Positions 20,409 through 31,392 are shown, counted from the stretch's first letter. The stretch is 64,000 nucleotides of DNA from Acidobacteriaceae bacterium (GCA_027449545.1 DAIDLI010000138.1:7977-71976), one strand, 5' to 3'. The notes: generated by a model from the letters alone, not told the origin. Numbers and translations: made by a program.

Positions 20409-22146
20409 GAAAATTCTCCAGGAACAGGTGTTCGATGCCGGTGCCGAGAAAGGTCTCAATGGCCTCTTCCGGCGTGTTGACGATGGGCTGCCCCTTCACG
20501 TTAAAGCTGGTGTTGAGCACCATCTGCCGGCCGGTGGTCTCGCCTACAGCCTGGAGCAGCGCGTGAAACTCGGGATTGTCGCTGCGACTGACCGTTTGCA
20601 GGCGCGCCGAGCCGTTCACATGCGTGATGGCCGGCAGCAGGTTACGCATCTCCGGGCGTACCTGCACGATCGAGATCATGTACGGAAACTGCGCGCCCTC
20701 GGCCACTTCGAACCAGCGGTGCGCCTCTTCCACGGCGCAGGCCGGGGCAAAGGGGCGGAATGCCTCGCGCTTCTTCACCATAGCATTGATGCGGTCGCGC
20801 ATCTCGGGATGACCGGGATCGGCGAGAATGCTGCGATTGCCGAGCGCGCGCGGCCCGTACTCCATGCGCCCGCGGTGCCAGGCCAGGACGCGGCCGTCGG
20901 CGATCAGCCGGGCCGCGCATGCGCAGGTGTCTTCCAGCGACTCGTAACGCTTCCAGGTGATGCGGCCGTCGAAGCGATGAAGCGCGGCCACCACCTCGCT
21001 GGGATCGTATTGCGGTCCCAGGAGCGGCGCGGGAAAGCGCTTGTTGGGCACCGGGTGTTGCAGAGAGCTGCGATAGAGAGCGGCGCCAAGAGCAATGCCG
21101 TCGTCGCCGGCCACTGGCTGAACATAGATTTCGTCAAACAGCCCGGAGCGAACCAGCTTGCCGTTGGCGGTGCAGTTGAGGGCCACGCCGCCGGCCAGGG
21201 CCAGCTTGTTCAGCCCGGTTTCGCGCGCAAAGTGCTCGCAGATGTGCATCACCACCCGCTCCAGACACTCCTGCAGCGCGGCGGCCACGTCTTCGTGATT
21301 CGCGTTCACGCTCTGCTCGGGAGCCCGGCGCGCGATGAGATTCTCATCCAGATAAGCCCGCGTGGCGCTGTAGGTCTCGCGCTCCTCGCGGGTGCGGTTG
21401 AGCTTCAGTATGGGAATGCGAATGGTGCCGTCGCGACAAAGCTCGACCGCCTTCTCGAAGAAGCCGCGATAACGGGCCGGATCGCCGTAAGGCGCCAGAC
21501 CCATGATCTTGTACTCGTCGGAATTGAAATCGAAGCCCAGGTGCAGGGTCACCAGCGAGTAGAGCACGCCGATCGAGTCATTGGCCCCGATGGTGCGCAG
21601 CTTCTCAAGCTGGCCATCGTGAAAGTCATAGGCGGTGAGGCTCTCCGTTTCGCCCATCGCGTCATTCACCACCACCAGGCACTCGTCCCAGCCGGAGGTC
21701 CAGGCCGCACTGGCGGCGTGCGCCAGATGATGCCCAACCTGGTGAACCCGCTCCAGCGGAAACCCGGGCAGATCGCGTACCACCTGCCTCAGCAGCACCT
21801 GCTTTGAGAAGACATGCTCATAGAGTGCTTGGGAGGTCTCATCCTGCTGGTAGAGGCCGCGGTAGGGCGCGTAGTCGAAACCGTGGGCAATCTCGTCGAT
21901 CTCCTCGAGACCGATGCCAGCCTGCTTCAGGCAGAAGTGGATGGCGTTGACTGGAAAATCGCCGGTGTGCTTCCTGCCGGTGAAGCGTTCCTCTTCGGCC
22001 GCAGCCACCACCTGCCCGTCAATGACCAGCGCGGCGGCAGCGTCCATGCCCTGGGCGATGCGGTACTCGCGCGGCTCCAGCCCGGGGAAACGGGCGCGCT
22101 TGAAGCTCATCGCGTTTTCGAGGCCGCTGATCCCAATGATCTTCAT
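20386..22146 (-). CDS. Carbamoyltransferase, CmcH/NodU family
   Basis: AAAEEERF, HHLAHAASA, EYKIMGLAPYG, LAGGVALNCTANG, EYGPRALGNRSILADP, LNTSFNVKGQPIV. Confidence 0.95.
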
Positions 22147-22839
22147 AATGTTTCCTCGTGGCAGTGCTGGGGCCTGGAGAATTCAGCCCTCATCCACCCC
22201 GGAAGGCCAGGGGCCCTCACTTGCTCTTCGCTGCTGCCCGTCGCCGCCCGGTAATCCACTGCAAGGAAGAAAGCAGACGAAGGGCTCCACTACACAGACT
22301 AGATCGGCCTGAGAGACGAAGATATAACCTCTTCGCGCCAATCAAATAACAGAAACGGCATTCCGGCAAGGGAACACTGGTAACTGAAAGTAACATGCGG
22401 GGTAACGAAGGCCGAGTGGTCCTCCCCCGCTCCCCAGGGCGGCTGCTTCGCCGACGGACAGCACTGGCAGTGTAAGCTAGCCGCCGAGGAGAGCGGCTGG
22501 CGGGTCCGGATTTGGGGGTCTGCAGTCTGAATCCCCGCCGAACCGAACGGGTTCCGCTTTCCCTACCAGGAGGCACTGGCACTGTCAGAACAGGAGGGCA
22601 TCGATCCTGAGAAATTCGTTGCCTTTGCAAATTGTCGTTCAGCGTATGGCCTGAACCGGAATTTGTTCTTTACGGGGCTTTTCACGCCGCAAGGCCTACT
22701 CTGGCCCAGCAACTGGGGGTGCTCTTCTGAGAGGCTCACGGGCCCTGCTGGAGGCACAGCGTGCCGGCAGGGCCGCGCAAGAGTTCCGGCGTCGCTTTCG
22801 CAAGGAGCGAGAGGGACAGGCGCGGCGGTTATGCTGCTC

Positions 22840-24144
22840 CTACGGTTGCTGCGCCCAGAAGTCGCCGATCCAGTCCAGATTCTGCTCGTGATTGCCTGAG
22901 GAGTTCAGGACGCAGGTGGAATCACAGAAGAGCGGGTTCAGCACCCACGGCTGAATCGCATAGGGGCTATTGGGATTGCCGCTTGACAGAATATTTTTTC
23001 GATTCTGCACCATTGCATAGGTCGCAACGCTGAAATTGTTGCTACTGAAGAAGCTCTCCGATTGGGCCAAGAAGTTTTGGACGCCGTTTTGCGAGAGTGC
23101 GCGGTCGGTGAAATACGTCGGGTGCTCAGCATCGCCGAACTTGAGGAAGTCATACCACTCGGTATTCGGCACGCCTCCGGAGGTGATGGCGCAGTTGATG
23201 AATCCCAGCACAGACTCGCTGCCTGTCACATCGACGTAACATTGCCCCGGATCCGGATAGTCGGCGAGAAACGTCGAGCTCAGGCTGTCGCTCAGGTAAT
23301 TCTCAAAATAGTTAACGAGCGAGAACTCCGAACTCATCATCTTCTTCTTGGCTCCGAATACCGATTGGGCGTATTGAACAGCCGCCACGAGACCACCCGT
23401 CGGATCCGTTCCTTCCGCGCCGTTGTTCCCATTGAACGACGATACGTGGAGATGCAGGTCGATGCCGGTGACTCCGCTAGTGTTTGCGGCATACTGCATG
23501 AGTTCGTTGACCGGAGTGGTCTGGAAGCTGGCTTTCTCCAGATTGTTGAAGGCTCCCACGTAAAGCGGTATCGCGGACCCAGTAATGCTCTTGCCGGCAT
23601 TGGCATGGTTATAGGCGATGTCGCTGTTGGTGATGTTCTCGTAAAAAGTGGTGACAGCCTGCGAGGTGGGCGCATTGGTGATGAATGGCTCATTGCCGGA
23701 CACCAACTGGCTCAGGCTGGGATACACATAATCGAGCACCCTGTTGGTGCACGTTTGCAGGGTGGTGTACTCTGTGCTGCTCGTATCCGTCGGCGGTGTT
23801 CCTCCTCCCCACTCGCTGAAGTCATACTTCAAGTTCAGCGCGAGCCGATATTGCGAATAGCTTTTGTGGATCGTGTTGATCTCGGTCAGGTTGGGATCTG
23901 ACTGCACGGTGGAGACAGCACAAGTGCCATCTCGCTTCAGAAGCGCGGTGATGTCATAGAAGCCACGAATCCATGTCGTTTTGGAATTCGTTACATCGGT
24001 GATATTGAAGGCGGTGAAGGTGCCGTTGTAGTTGACGCCCATGGAGGTTTGGGCAGCAGCAGGTTGGGAGGGGATGGCGCATCCCAGCGTCATCAGCGCG
24101 CAGCCCAGTGCGACCGCGGAACTTGTCCGAAACAGAGCTCTCAT
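22840..24144 (-). CDS. Secreted uncharacterised glycoside-hydrolase-like TIM barrel (clan GH-A-like), paralog 1
   Basis: Signal peptide, GVNYNG, WIRGF, GNEPF, GIDLHLHV, SEFSLV. Start moved to ATG 24144 (GGAG RBS). Confidence 0.6.
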   Translation of the reverse strand: MRALFRTSSAVALGCALMTLGCAIPSQPAAAQTSMGVNYNGTFTAFNITDVTNSKTTWIRGFYDITALLKRDGTCAVSTVQSDPNLTEINTIHKSYSQYRLALNLKYDFSEWGGGTPPTDTSSTEYTTLQTCTNRVLDYVYPSLSQLVSGNEPFITNAPTSQAVTTFYENITNSDIAYNHANAGKSITGSAIPLYVGAFNNLEKASFQTTPVNELMQYAANTSGVTGIDLHLHVSSFNGNNGAEGTDPTGGLVAAVQYAQSVFGAKKKMMSSEFSLVNYFENYLSDSLSSTFLADYPDPGQCYVDVTGSESVLGFINCAITSGGVPNTEWYDFLKFGDAEHPTYFTDRALSQNGVQNFLAQSESFFSSNNFSVATYAMVQNRKNILSSGNPNSPYAIQPWVLNPLFCDSTCVLNSSGNHEQNLDWIGDFWAQQP

Positions 24145-24431
24145 ATGGCTTCTCCATTCAGAGGCGTAGAAACGCAAGGGTCTTCTTCGCCTCAGTGGTG
24201 GTGGTGTTGCATACACGTGGTGGCATGAAGTCTTGTGTGTTTTCTACAACTGCTGGTGGTGCTGCCCAACCAATCACTGTTTCCAGGAGCGGCGAGTTTT
24301 GCTCCGAGTTGTGCAGAGAAGCGGTGTTGCATCCTCAGCGGGGTCCGCGAGCAGCCAGGCGCAGGAAATGCTCACCCCAGGCGATTGCGCTCCCTACGGC
24401 GAAATATGAACAGATTCACAATGCCCCGGTG

Positions 24432-26042
24432 CTACGGAATATAAGGATTGGGCGGCGTCCCTCCGTGACGGTAAGGCGCGTACCAGTTGTGCTGGCTGGA
24501 CCATTTAGTGTGGTACTTGCGATTCTGGGGGCCGGTGGGCAGGCTGTCCTGCGAGCGAATCACCCACATGGCGAGTTCGGCCATTAACTGCGCCTGGATT
24601 TCTGCATGCTCGCGCTGTCCGAAGAGGTTCGTCAGTTCGCAGGGATCGCTGCGCAGGTTGTAAAGCTGGCCGTAACCCATCATGTCGTAGACGAGCTTCC
24701 ACTCGCCCATGCGCACCATCTTCTGAGATCCGCTCTGCGTGACTTCGTTTAACTCGTCCCAGGAGCCGGCGCGGCGCGGATCATGCGCAATCGAGGTGGG
24801 GATGTGGTCGGTATCCTCGTAGTAAAGACCGCCCAGCCCCGCGCTGGCGTAAATGCTGCGGAACTCCTCGCGGGGAAAATCCTGCCCCTGCAGCAGCGGC
24901 CAAAGGCTGCGGCCTTGCACGCCGTGCGGAATCTCGGCGCCCATGGCTTCACAGAAGGTGGGCATGAGGTCGGCCATGGAGGTAAAGACCTGCTCGACCG
25001 TTCGGGAGGGCTTCACTCCATAACCCCACCAGATCTGCGGCGTGTGGGTAAGGTCCTCATACAGCCCCACGCCCTTGCGGCCCAGACCATAATCCATCAC
25101 GTAATCGCCATGATCCGCTGTGAAGACGACCAGTGTCTTTCGAGCGAGGTTGCTCTTTTCCAGGTGACCATTCAGACGGGCGATCTGGTCGTCGATCATG
25201 CGCAGAGCACCGAGATAGTTGGAGACGTAGCGCCTCCACTTGTTTTCGGTGTCCGGGAAATGATCCTGCTGCAGCCGGTATTCCCAGCGCGCGCGCGGGC
25301 CCATGTTCTTGAGCGCTTCAGGCCCAGCGCAGCGTGGAGGAACCGCTTGGGGCGGGAACATGTTCCAATAGGGGGCCGGCACCTGCTCAGGATCGTGAGG
25401 CTCGGGAAAGCTCACCTGCAAGAGGAATGGCTGATCGCCGCTGCCGTCGATAAAGTCGATCGCTTCGGTGACGATACGGTATGGAATCTGCGTGCGAAGC
25501 GGATACGGGCTGGGCTCCTCGGCCATGTTGAAGTGCAAGTCCTTGAGCCACTCTTCGTAGGCCTTCACGTCAGGCGGCGCATCCGGAGGAATGTAACCGC
25601 CTTGGTGGGTGAACTCGCGCCACACGTCCACGTCAGCGGGCTTGAGATAGGTGTGATTCTTACCGGCGAGCCCGGTTCGATAGCCGCGGGCTTTTGCCAC
25701 CTGATACAAATCCTGCGAGAAGAACGCCTGATGCGCGTCGAGATTCATGCGCACGCGGGTGGCGTCGGGCCAACGGCCGGTCAGCATCGAAACGCGGCTG
25801 GGGACGCAGGCGGGCTGGGTGCAGTAGTTATGCTGAAAGCCGATGCCGCGCCCCTGCAAGCGATCGAGCGAGGGGCTTGTATCCAGAGGGTATCCGAGGG
25901 CTTTGCTCAGTCCATAGCGGCGCTGATCGGCAATGATGAAGATTAGGTTCGGCTTCTCGACCGTTTCCGCTGCCTGAGCGGGCGGGATCGCCTGCGACGC
26001 AATCGTTAATCCCGCCATCTTCACAAAATCCCGTCGCTGCAT
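24432..26042 (-). CDS. Tat-exported Cys-type sulfatase
   Basis: MQRRDFVK Tat motif, IIADQ, CVPSR(VSMLTG), FTADHG, GRKG. Confidence 0.92.
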   Translation of the reverse strand: MQRRDFVKMAGLTIASQAIPPAQAAETVEKPNLIFIIADQRRYGLSKALGYPLDTSPSLDRLQGRGIGFQHNYCTQPACVPSRVSMLTGRWPDATRVRMNLDAHQAFFSQDLYQVAKARGYRTGLAGKNHTYLKPADVDVWREFTHQGGYIPPDAPPDVKAYEEWLKDLHFNMAEEPSPYPLRTQIPYRIVTEAIDFIDGSGDQPFLLQVSFPEPHDPEQVPAPYWNMFPPQAVPPRCAGPEALKNMGPRARWEYRLQQDHFPDTENKWRRYVSNYLGALRMIDDQIARLNGHLEKSNLARKTLVVFTADHGDYVMDYGLGRKGVGLYEDLTHTPQIWWGYGVKPSRTVEQVFTSMADLMPTFCEAMGAEIPHGVQGRSLWPLLQGQDFPREEFRSIYASAGLGGLYYEDTDHIPTSIAHDPRRAGSWDELNEVTQSGSQKMVRMGEWKLVYDMMGYGQLYNLRSDPCELTNLFGQREHAEIQAQLMAELAMWVIRSQDSLPTGPQNRKYHTKWSSQHNWYAPYRHGGTPPNPYIP

Positions 26043-26066
26043 GCTTCTGCCTCCTCCCCGGATACA

Positions 26067-27209
26067 CTACTCGCGCGCAAGCTGATGAAAAGCTTGGAGC
26101 CAGTAGGGGTTCGTCGGAGCCGGAGCGCCAGGCGACTGGCGCACCGTGCGCCGGGCGTAAACACTGTTGAGAAGCCACGGGACCGATTTGGGACCGAATG
26201 GGTGGGTCATAGATCCACCCTGCTCAAAGCCGTAGGTCGCTACGGCGAGTTGCTGCGTATTCCGGAACAGCTTCAACTCGTCCTGGAGATACGACTTTTG
26301 TGCGGCAAACCAGGGACTGTTCTGAAGAAGGGCATTCCACTCTTCTTGGCCGTATGGCGCCTGGATGGCAGCGTTGATGGCCTGCCACATACGCGTGTCG
26401 GCGGGAACGCCATAACGCTTGGCGAAGGCTGCGGGGACGCGATCGTTCAGATGCGCCTTCCAGTACCAGACGAGGGAAAACTCGGTGACCAGAAACTGCT
26501 GATCCGGGCGGATACTCTTCACCGCATCTTGGACGAAAGGAACTGAATCCTGGAATGACGAGACATGGGGATGGAGATCTACGCCCTGAATCTCCGGGGT
26601 TGCTTTGACGAACGCGAACCAACGCTTGACCCAACGCTGCTGGCGCACTTGAGGGTCATTGAGCTTGTTCAACGCGCCCATAAAGATTTCTGTGGAACAG
26701 GGCGCACTGCAATGCTGCTGCCGGAAGGCGATCACCTCGTGGGCCATCGCTTCGTAAAACGGATTGAGGCGTGTGTCTCGCTGATCTTCCGGCGTCTCCC
26801 AGTAAGGCTCGTTGCCGATTTCCAGGATGTCGACTTTGCCCATCACGCGGGACAGAATTGCATTCAGGGTCGCCACTGTCTTCTCGTACCGAGGAGTTCC
26901 GGGCAGCGGCACTCCAGTTCGGCGGAAGTTCCATTTGAACGTCAGGATGACATGATATCCGCGTGCTTTGGCGTCGAGACTATCGGCAACGGCCGGAGCC
27001 GAATCAACATCCGCGCTCGTTTCGCGATTCAATGCGATGAAGCCGCGAATCCAATGAACCTCGGCATGATTCAGATCGGAGTAATGAATGTCTTGGTATT
27101 CCCCATTGAAGTTTGCGCCCAGCGCTCCGCTGACCGGCGCCGCATGAGCGCAGAGCGTGCCGGCGAAGAAGGCCAATGCCGCCCAGTTCCACCACTGCTT
27201 CGTTTTCAT
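26067..27209 (-). CDS. Secreted uncharacterised glycoside-hydrolase-like TIM barrel (clan GH-A-like), paralog 2
   Basis: Signal peptide, GANFNG, WIRGF, GNEPY, GVDLHPHV, TEFSLV. Confidence 0.6.
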   Translation of the reverse strand: MKTKQWWNWAALAFFAGTLCAHAAPVSGALGANFNGEYQDIHYSDLNHAEVHWIRGFIALNRETSADVDSAPAVADSLDAKARGYHVILTFKWNFRRTGVPLPGTPRYEKTVATLNAILSRVMGKVDILEIGNEPYWETPEDQRDTRLNPFYEAMAHEVIAFRQQHCSAPCSTEIFMGALNKLNDPQVRQQRWVKRWFAFVKATPEIQGVDLHPHVSSFQDSVPFVQDAVKSIRPDQQFLVTEFSLVWYWKAHLNDRVPAAFAKRYGVPADTRMWQAINAAIQAPYGQEEWNALLQNSPWFAAQKSYLQDELKLFRNTQQLAVATYGFEQGGSMTHPFGPKSVPWLLNSVYARRTVRQSPGAPAPTNPYWLQAFHQLARE

Positions 27210-27267
27210 CTCTGATTCGTCTCCAATCAAATCCCCGCGCAGTTGATCTACAAACGAAGATCGGTTG

Positions 27268-27298
27268 GCGCTGCCGCCAAGGCATCTTGCGGCAGCGC
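27268..27298. other. Intercistronic hairpin downstream of the TBDR gene
   Basis: GCGCTGCCGC(C)AAG-GCAT-CTTGCGGCAGCGC inverted repeat with no U-tract. Confidence 0.5.
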
Positions 27299-27313
27299 GA
27301 TGCGATTTCCAGT

Positions 27314-30300
27314 CTAGAAAAACACTTGCAGAGCGCCCTGCAATTCCCGCGGCGGCGGGGAGAGGATGGTATTGGTGATGTGGCCGAACAGAGGCGTGTT
27401 CATGGACGTGTCCGGCATATTGAAATGCGGCGTGTTGAAGAGGTTGAAGGCTTCTACTCGGAACTGTGCATGCCAGTTCTCATGGATCGGAAAATCTCTT
27501 TCCAAGCTGAAGTCAATGTTGTGGATGCCCGGGCCGCGCACTGCACCATCGGTGCGGCCGATATTGCCAAGGGTATAAGCGGCCGGGAGGCTGAATGCGC
27601 TGGTATTGAACCATTCATCCACCTTGTCTCCATTGGAGCGCGAGCCTGACAGGTGTGGTTCCACACCTGCCACCGCGTTGGGGCGGTTTCCAAGCCCGGT
27701 AACCGGGGCGAAGAATGCCAGCGGCCATCCGCTCTGCTCGATGACAATCGCCGATGCGTTCCAGCCGCTGACCAGGGCATTCGGGAGGCCATGAAGATTG
27801 CTGCCCACCAGTTGTCCGCGGCCAAAGGGAAGCTGCGCCACGACATTCGCAATCAGAGAGTTGGGCGTGTCAGTCTCCGAGAGAGACTTCTCCGCCGCGA
27901 GATCGTAGTAGTTTTGTACGTTGGTGGTATTCGAAGGGCCGATCGGAGCTTCAGCATTTTGCACGTTCGACAACCACTTGCTGTAGGTGTAGGCGAGGAG
28001 GAAGTCGACTCCGTGCGAAGTCCGCTTGTTCAGCTTGACCTGCAATGCCTGGTAGTTGGAACCACCCCAGGTGGAATTGATGATGGTAACGCCCGTGTAC
28101 TGCGGATAGGGACGCAGGAGCTGCTGCTGCGGGACTTTGGGCTGCGACAGCAATCCCACCTTCACATCGGATTGGAATGGATTCGCAACCGGCTGCTGGA
28201 GAGCCGTGCCCAGACTGAGATAGCTGGGGTTGAGTTGGTTCAGATCAAAGGGCGCAGTGAGGTGAATTCCGCGGGTGCCTACGTACGAAACATCCAGGAG
28301 CGTAGACCACGGGAACTGCCGCTGGACGCCCACATTCCATTCATAGGACTGGGGACTCTGCGGGTTATGATCCCAGAAGCTGATCGACTGACCGAGTTGG
28401 GTTCCGGCTCCGGCTGTGGAACCGGTGGGTTGAACCAGGCCGTTGGGATAGGGATTGCTCAGGAGATTGTACGGAGTGAGCCCGCCGTCCACCGAGGTCA
28501 CCCACGATGAGGTGGAGCTAAATCCCGTACTGGGGGCATAACCCACCGCGTTGTTGCTGATTTCGAGCGGGGCGTAAACAGTTCCGAAACCGCCGCGAAA
28601 CACGGTGGATTGATTCAAGGAATAGGAGAGCCCGACCCTGGGATCAAACTGAGCGGTATTCCACACGTAGACATTGCTCGGCTGACCATCGACGCCAGCA
28701 AAGATGAGGCCGCCGGTCAGGTTGGGAAACTGGCTGTTGGCTGCAGGACTCGGCATGGAGGGATCAAAGTAGTTGAGGCGGTTATGACGGTCGGTGTAGG
28801 GACTCTCCGTCTCGTACCGCAGGCCCGCATCGATGGTGAGCTTCGGAGTCACCTGGAAGGTGTCCTGAGCGTAGCCCGCAAAGTAGAAGTCCTTCAAGCT
28901 GTTGCCGGCGCTGATGGGAATCGAGCCGCCTGAACCGGCCCCCAGCAGCAGGCTGGCCATGGCGTCACCCGCCGTTGGGCTTACCGTCACTGGATTGGGG
29001 CCTTGGGTTGGGGCGCGCGTAAAGGAGTAGGTGCCGGAACTGGCAAGGGCATTAAAGATATTGATGAAGTGCATTCGAACATCTGTGCCCACGACGACGG
29101 TATGCCGTCCATGAATCCAGGTGAGCGAAGACAACAGCGCATGGGAGTCATTGCCGTTGGATAGATAACTTTGCCCCGACATGTTGCCGTACGCGACCAT
29201 CTGCAACGTGGGGAACATCGGTATCTGGATATTGCTGGTGAGGGAGGACGGGAAGCCAAGCGTTGCGCTGTTGAAGCCATAGCTCAGCGTCTGCCGAATC
29301 TGATACCAGCGCGCATAGCCGTAGTTGAGAGTGAAGAGCAGATTGGGGCTCAGGGTGAAGGTATTGTTCTGTGAGAACGACCAGTTGTCGAGCTTGGTGG
29401 TGCCGATGGCGCCCTGCCCAGGAGAGGCGAGGTTGCCGTAGGTGTTCGGCTGGGTTTGTGTCGTCAGCATCCAGCCCAGGCGCCCGAAGAGGCGGTAGGT
29501 GTCGTTCGCATATTCATCCAGTCGGGCGCTGCCTGCATTCTGGTTGAGGGTCAGAGGAGCGTTGCTGATGAAGTTGTTCGCATTTGTAAAGTTTGCCCCG
29601 GTTTTATTGGGCTGCGGATAGAACTTGATCAGGTTCTGCGCAACCGGATCCCATAGCGAAGAAGAAATCTTGTTGCCCTGGAACGCGGTGCGGATGTACT
29701 GCCCGGGATGATTCGGATCCGGCTGAGTCGAGAAGGGATTATAGATCGTAATTGGCTTGCCTGCCGCGTTCATCAGGCCGCTGAAGTCGCCTTGCCTCTC
29801 CGCAGCCGTAGGCACCGTGGTCTGAAAGGTTACGCCCTGGATGCGGCTGGTTCCCTGATAGGAGACAAAGAAGAAGGTCTTGTTGTGGCCGTTGTAGATC
29901 CGAGGGATGAGGACAGGGCCGCCCGCGGAAAAGCCATATTGATTCATTTTGAAGGGCGGAATGCTCAGGCCTGCGCCCTTGTTGAAGTATTCGTTGGCAT
30001 CGAGCGCCGAGTTGCGCAGAAATTCGAAGATGTTGCCGTGAAACTGATTGCTGCCCTGTTTGGTGGTGACATTGATGACGCCCCCCGCGAAGCGCCCATA
30101 TTCCGCGGGCAGGTTGTCGCTCTCGACCTTGAACTCCTGGGTGTCGTCGACGGTGGGGATGGTTGTGATCTGATCGAAGAAACCGGCGGTAGAGGGCACG
30201 CCATCGATGAGAAATTCGTTGCTTTGCGCCCGTTCGCCGTTAATGGACAGATTGGTATCGAAGGTCGTGTTCGACGGCACGTCACCAAAGATTCCGTTGG

Positions 30301-30913
30301 CGGCACGATTAAAGGTCACGCCAGGCGTTAATTGGATTAGACGGAAGGTGCTTCTGCCATTCAAGGCAAGGTTCGCGATGGTGTGCGCCGGAAGCACCTG
30401 ACCCACCGACGAAGTTTCAGTGTCGAGCAAGGGCGGTGCTCCGGAAACGGTAACCGTCTGCGCTGCCTGCCCTACCTGAAGAGCCATGTCGATGCGGGCG
30501 ACCTGCGACACCACCAGGGTGATGCCGCTCCGGACCGCGGTTTGAAAACCAGCCTTGGACACTTGCACTTCATAGTCGGCTCCTGGGGGCAGAAGAGGGA
30601 CCACATAGCCGCCTCGGGAATCGGTGTGCACGGAGATGTGGATGCCTCGCGAGGGCTCGGCAACCGTCACGCTGGCGCCGGGAATAATTGCTCCGGTGCC
30701 ATCGGAGATGATTCCGGTGATCTCCGCGGTCTGCTGCTGAGCACGCAGTGTGCCGCCCAATGCCAAGGTGAAGAGTGACACCATCAGCAGGCGAACGATG
30801 GCCCAAGCGAGCCGTGCAGATGCCGGATGCTCGGCTACGGGGATGGTTGTTCCGGCCGGGCAGTGTCTCACCGTGCGATTCGGATTGCCAGAGCGGATGA
30901 ATCGTGGATCCAT
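27314..30913 (-). CDS. TonB-dependent receptor-like protein (carboxypeptidase-regulatory N-domain + barrel)
   Basis: GIISDGTGAIIPGA N-domain, EFKVESDNLPAEYGR, C-terminal FRVEAFNLFNTPHF...ALQVFF. GGAGG RBS at ATG 30913. Confidence 0.9.
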   Translation of the reverse strand: MDPRFIRSGNPNRTVRHCPAGTTIPVAEHPASARLAWAIVRLLMVSLFTLALGGTLRAQQQTAEITGIISDGTGAIIPGASVTVAEPSRGIHISVHTDSRGGYVVPLLPPGADYEVQVSKAGFQTAVRSGITLVVSQVARIDMALQVGQAAQTVTVSGAPPLLDTETSSVGQVLPAHTIANLALNGRSTFRLIQLTPGVTFNRAANGIFGDVPSNTTFDTNLSINGERAQSNEFLIDGVPSTAGFFDQITTIPTVDDTQEFKVESDNLPAEYGRFAGGVINVTTKQGSNQFHGNIFEFLRNSALDANEYFNKGAGLSIPPFKMNQYGFSAGGPVLIPRIYNGHNKTFFFVSYQGTSRIQGVTFQTTVPTAAERQGDFSGLMNAAGKPITIYNPFSTQPDPNHPGQYIRTAFQGNKISSSLWDPVAQNLIKFYPQPNKTGANFTNANNFISNAPLTLNQNAGSARLDEYANDTYRLFGRLGWMLTTQTQPNTYGNLASPGQGAIGTTKLDNWSFSQNNTFTLSPNLLFTLNYGYARWYQIRQTLSYGFNSATLGFPSSLTSNIQIPMFPTLQMVAYGNMSGQSYLSNGNDSHALLSSLTWIHGRHTVVVGTDVRMHFINIFNALASSGTYSFTRAPTQGPNPVTVSPTAGDAMASLLLGAGSGGSIPISAGNSLKDFYFAGYAQDTFQVTPKLTIDAGLRYETESPYTDRHNRLNYFDPSMPSPAANSQFPNLTGGLIFAGVDGQPSNVYVWNTAQFDPRVGLSYSLNQSTVFRGGFGTVYAPLEISNNAVGYAPSTGFSSTSSWVTSVDGGLTPYNLLSNPYPNGLVQPTGSTAGAGTQLGQSISFWDHNPQSPQSYEWNVGVQRQFPWSTLLDVSYVGTRGIHLTAPFDLNQLNPSYLSLGTALQQPVANPFQSDVKVGLLSQPKVPQQQLLRPYPQYTGVTIINSTWGGSNYQALQVKLNKRTSHGVDFLLAYTYSKWLSNVQNAEAPIGPSNTTNVQNYYDLAAEKSLSETDTPNSLIANVVAQLPFGRGQLVGSNLHGLPNALVSGWNASAIVIEQSGWPLAFFAPVTGLGNRPNAVAGVEPHLSGSRSNGDKVDEWFNTSAFSLPAAYTLGNIGRTDGAVRGPGIHNIDFSLERDFPIHENWHAQFRVEAFNLFNTPHFNMPDTSMNTPLFGHITNTILSPPPRELQGALQVFF

Positions 30914-31068
30914 TGGTTCTGCCTCCTGAAAAGTAGTGCAATCGTCTACATGAGCAAGAATCCCTAGATGATTTCCCGCCCTTCGGGCCAGGAATCGCGA
31001 GATTCTCAATGTGAATGCGGCTACCAAGCCCGTCCAGACCGCTGGCTCGATGGGATTTTGAGTTGCTT

Positions 31069-31127
31069 CATGTAAGCGTTTACATGTTTCGAGACATTTT
31101 ATACCGCCATTGCTGTACGGGTGTCAA
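31069..31127 (-). promoter_or_regulatory. Sigma70-type promoter plus LacI-type operator for TBDR 30913
   Basis: Minus strand TTGACA (31127-22), N18, TATAAA (31103-098). Operator TGTAA-GCGT-TTACA at 31071-31084. Confidence 0.7.
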
Positions 31128-31319
31128 GGGGGCTTCCTGCCTTGCTCCACGCTCACCTGCGGCCCTGCTTTGCTACGAGCCGTCGAATGGCTCTGCGCCT
31201 TGTTGGTCTTGTCTTGTCGCAGGACACGGAGCCAGCGAAGCAGGTTGAATCCCGTGTCGTTCTCAGGCTATCAGGGGAATCGCCCTGCCCTTCATGGAAT
31301 CGGCGCGGCTCTTGGGTAA

Positions 31320-31357
31320 TGTAATGGTTTACATGATTGCGCGAGGCGAGTTATGCT
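31320..31357 (+). promoter_or_regulatory. LacI-type operator overlapping candidate promoter of the sulfatase
   Basis: TGTAA-TGGT-TTACA at 31320-31333 overlaps TTTACA-N18-TATGCT. Confidence 0.6.
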
Positions 31358-31392
31358 GAATGGCGTCAGCATTCAGTGAAAGGACACGCAGC

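Noticed and set aside
22147-22839. c-di-GMP riboswitch or ops element in the leader
   Set aside because: Only partial words (GGCAAC, GGCGGCTAG) are present, without the required flanking structure.
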